Assembly (NCBI RefSeq): GCF_009914755.1
Contig: NC_060935.1
Strand: one strand, 5' to 3'
Length of the DNA stretch: 64,000 nt
From: the human T2T-CHM13v2.0 reference genome, Homo sapiens
Made by a program: the position numbers and the translations under genes. Shown in pieces: positions 61,094 through 64,000 of the stretch; position 1 is the first letter of the stretch, and each line of letters begins with the position of its first letter. The notes under the pieces are model-generated. The model searched no databases and was not told the DNA's origin. It saw only the letters and a list, made by a program, of their open reading frames with translations.

Positions 61094-62659
61094 CCTTTGG
61101 TCTTAACCACACATACAGCACTCCCCCAGCCCCAACCTAACTGGAAAAACCAGTTAGGAAAGGGGTGTGTGTATACGCACAGGCACTGAGAATTTCTCCA
61201 AACACAGTCCTAAGCTTCCTGGACCACACCCATTACTAGGGTCCTGGGTCTGCAGCTTCCCTCCCCAACAACCTCCGGTTCCAACCAGCTGTTTCTCCTG
61301 GTTCTCAGCCTTTTTCCCTCTCTCACACAGGACAGAAAGGGCCAGGATAAGAGCCCAACTCCCTGGCAACAGATCAGACTGGGGCCTCTAAGGGGCTGGC
61401 TGTTGCCCACCCTCCAAGCCTTGACACCATTTCTCGACAGCCCCGGCACCTTCCCTGGGCTGCACCTCTTGGCTGTTTTGTTTCCCACTGCAACCTCCAT
61501 CCCAGTGGGTGCCCTCTGCTCCTTACTGTTTCCCAGCCTGGGGGCAAATAAGGGAAGCAACCAGAGAGAGTGGAGGCTCAAAAGACTTTGCAGTCCAGGC
61601 TGACTGGCCCGGTCCCCGGCTTGCATCCCACTGAAGTTCCTGGAAACGCTCCCTCAGCCCAGGCTAGCTGATGGGAGTGGGAATCTGCAGGAATGCAGCT
61701 CAGGCGCCGAGGCCACTCCACATAATTCCTTAACAAGCTGCTTCCTTGGGTGCATTTTTAAGTGTCAGGCTCAGAATGCAAACATAAGGCCTTGTAGAAT
61801 AGCAGCATCTTCCAGGGGCAGATGTGAGATGGGACAGGCGGGAAATAGCAGCCCTGGAAGCAGCAAGGCAGTAACTTTCTTTCCGAACTCCTTTTCTGCA
61901 AGTTAGCAAGGTAAACCTCAGTATGTTTGGGAGTACCCCACCCCAGCTCCTCAGGCATCATGCCTAGTGTAGGCAGGAGGCCAGCAAACCCTCCACAACC
62001 CCCATTCGAGTCCACTGTTCACAGACAGACATGTTTGTCTTGGGGCCAACTGGCCCTCCACCTATGACAGACAGGACTCCAGTCCAATCACCAGGACCCA
62101 AGATGGAGATGAGCACTAGGCTCTCTGCCTCCCAACAGCTCCATTCCTGCATGCCTGCAGGAGCCTGATCCAGCGGGGTCAGAGTCATCCTTCACCCCAC
62201 AGAGCACAGGCTGGGCCAAGACCAGAGAGACGGCTCCCAGGAAGTCCGAGCCACTGATCAGTCCTAAGCAAGACGGGAAACTGCCATTCTGAGTTCAGCA
62301 ATAAGACACCCCCTGAAGCCTTGTGGGGAGCTCCAAACTCTCGGGCCTGTCCCCAGGGAAGGAAAAGGAAACCCACCAGAATCTAACAGAAAGAGAGTAT
62401 TTTCCTCTGTATTTCCCTCTGGCCTCCCTAGTCAGGTCCCAGAAATTCAGATTGGGCTGCTATGGGGACATAAAAAGGGAAAACACGCACAGGGCACTGT
62501 CCTAACTGCAGACTCCGGAAACCACCCCCACCACCCCACGAGGCCAAAGCAAAACCTAAACATCCGATGCAGTATATTCCCAAACTGGTGCCTGGGTCGC
62601 TCCCCTCCCTTTCTCCTGCATCCTCCCCCTCTCTTCTTTCCCTGTTCTCTAAGTGCTCC

Positions 62660-63452
62660 AAAGATCCAGAAGCCAGGTGAGCAGCTACCTCTACCTTCTG
62701 CCCACACAGCGCTGACCCCTAGCTGTACTCAGCCACCCAAGAGGCAGCCAAGGTGCTCCCATATTTTTTTTAACTCCTCATGCAACACCCAGAGTGGAAG
62801 AGAGTCCTCCCTAATGAGTGGGGAGGCAGCTCTGTTGCCCCACCCCCTCCCTACCTCCTGTTGCAGGGTACATTCTAGTTTGGCAGAAACTGCAATGTGT
62901 CAGTTTGCTGCCCAGGACCCTGGGAGCACCCAGTGTGGCTGCTGCCGTGGGCAGAGAGGGCTGTGTTTTTCTGATGTCCCTTGACTATGCTGGGTGCTGG
63001 CAATCCTGTGGTCCTCCCATTCTCTATTATCTGACAAGGATTTCCTGTGGGGATACGTTCTTGGATCATCTGAACTGAAATAATTTGAGAAAGGGACGGC
63101 TTCAACCATTTCTCTCTGTCCAGAGTTCCACCATCCAGGGCTCTGTTCAGGATTTTTTGGGGCAATGTTTGGGGGGCAGAATTTTGGAAGAACTGTTCTG
63201 GGCAACACAGCTGTTCCCCAGGCCTTCTTAGGTCAGGTTTGAGAGAAGGGAAAGAGGAGGGCAAGTGTTTCTAGGCCTCTGCCTACTCACTCATCCGGGA
63301 GGACTTTCTTCCACTCTGGGATGTTAGTCTTGCATAAGGAGGTGAGAAATACAGGAACAGCATTGGCTGCCTCTTGGGTGGCTGAGTAGAACTGGGGTAT
63401 GGGCTGCAGTTGGGGCATCTTCCTTAACTGCCCACCTGGCTTCTGGATCTTT
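62660..63452. repeat. Long non-Alu inverted repeat (arms about 62660-62829 and 63279-63452)
   Basis: Blocks of 26/28, 26/26 and 23/24 identity in reverse complement. Confidence 0.93.
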
Positions 63453-63780
63453 TGTTCTGATGCCCCTAGCTCTTGACCTCTGCTCTGGGTGGCCTATAGG
63501 TACAAAGCTGTCTTTTCCCCAGTGGTAAGGGAAAGGGCCTCCCTCCCCAAACTCTTTTGCGGTTCTAGGGACCTCATTCCCACAGTCTTCCTGCTGTGAC
63601 CCAGTTTTGCATGGCTACATACTATACGCTCTGTTCCTGGGAAAGCAGTGTCCCTGCACATCCCAGCATGGCTGCTGTCTCCCCAGAAACAATGGCCCAG
63701 CAAGTGGTAAGGAAACGGCTGTGAAACCAATGGCTCAGATCAAATGAGGGAACAGATGGCCCTCTCTTCATAAGATTCCA

Positions 63781-64000
63781 GGCTTCTGGCTCACGCCTAT
63801 AATCCCAGAACTTTGGGAGACCGAGGCAGGCGGATCATGAAGCCAGGAGATCGAGACCATCCTGGCTAACACGGTGAAACCCTGTCTCTACTAAAAATAC
63901 AAAAAAATTAGCCAGGTGTGGTGGCGGGCACCTGTAGTCCCAGCTGCTGGGAAGGCTGAGGCAGAAGAATGGCATGAACCCGGGATGCGGAGCTTGCAGT
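63781..64000 (+). mobile_element. AluY-like, truncated by the window end
   Basis: Alu consensus. Confidence 0.92.

Overview
Human-type genomic DNA (Alu/L1/L2/MIR/MER-rich) recognisable as the TRIM66 - RPL27A - DENND2B(ST5) locus on 11p15.4. On the minus strand are the 5' end of TRIM66 (first two coding exons 12003-12029 and 11541-11853, plus candidate 5' UTR exons) and the last 16 coding exons of DENND2B/ST5 (57649 to stop at 33850; 645 aa including the whole DENN module). On the plus strand is the complete RPL27A gene (5 exons, 148 aa, 5'TOP start), which hosts two paralogous H/ACA snoRNAs (SNORA3A, SNORA3B) and shares a CpG-island bidirectional promoter with TRIM66. All coding exon boundaries were read from GT/AG sites and checked for frame continuity. 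The most notable unexplained structures are: (1) a ~170-bp non-Alu inverted repeat in a DENND2B intron (62660-63452) whose substitutions are mostly G-U compatible only in the transcribed strand, suggesting a selected long pre-mRNA stem; (2) a 180-bp inverted templated duplication bracketing the first TRIM66 coding exons; (3) a degenerate RING finger in the TRIM66 N-terminus, one base from a Cys ligand; (4) an orphan ETS-rich CpG-island promoter at about 28.5-29 kb; (5) a diverged second guide pocket in SNORA3B. Repeat subfamily names are from recall of consensus sequences and repeat boundaries are approximate.
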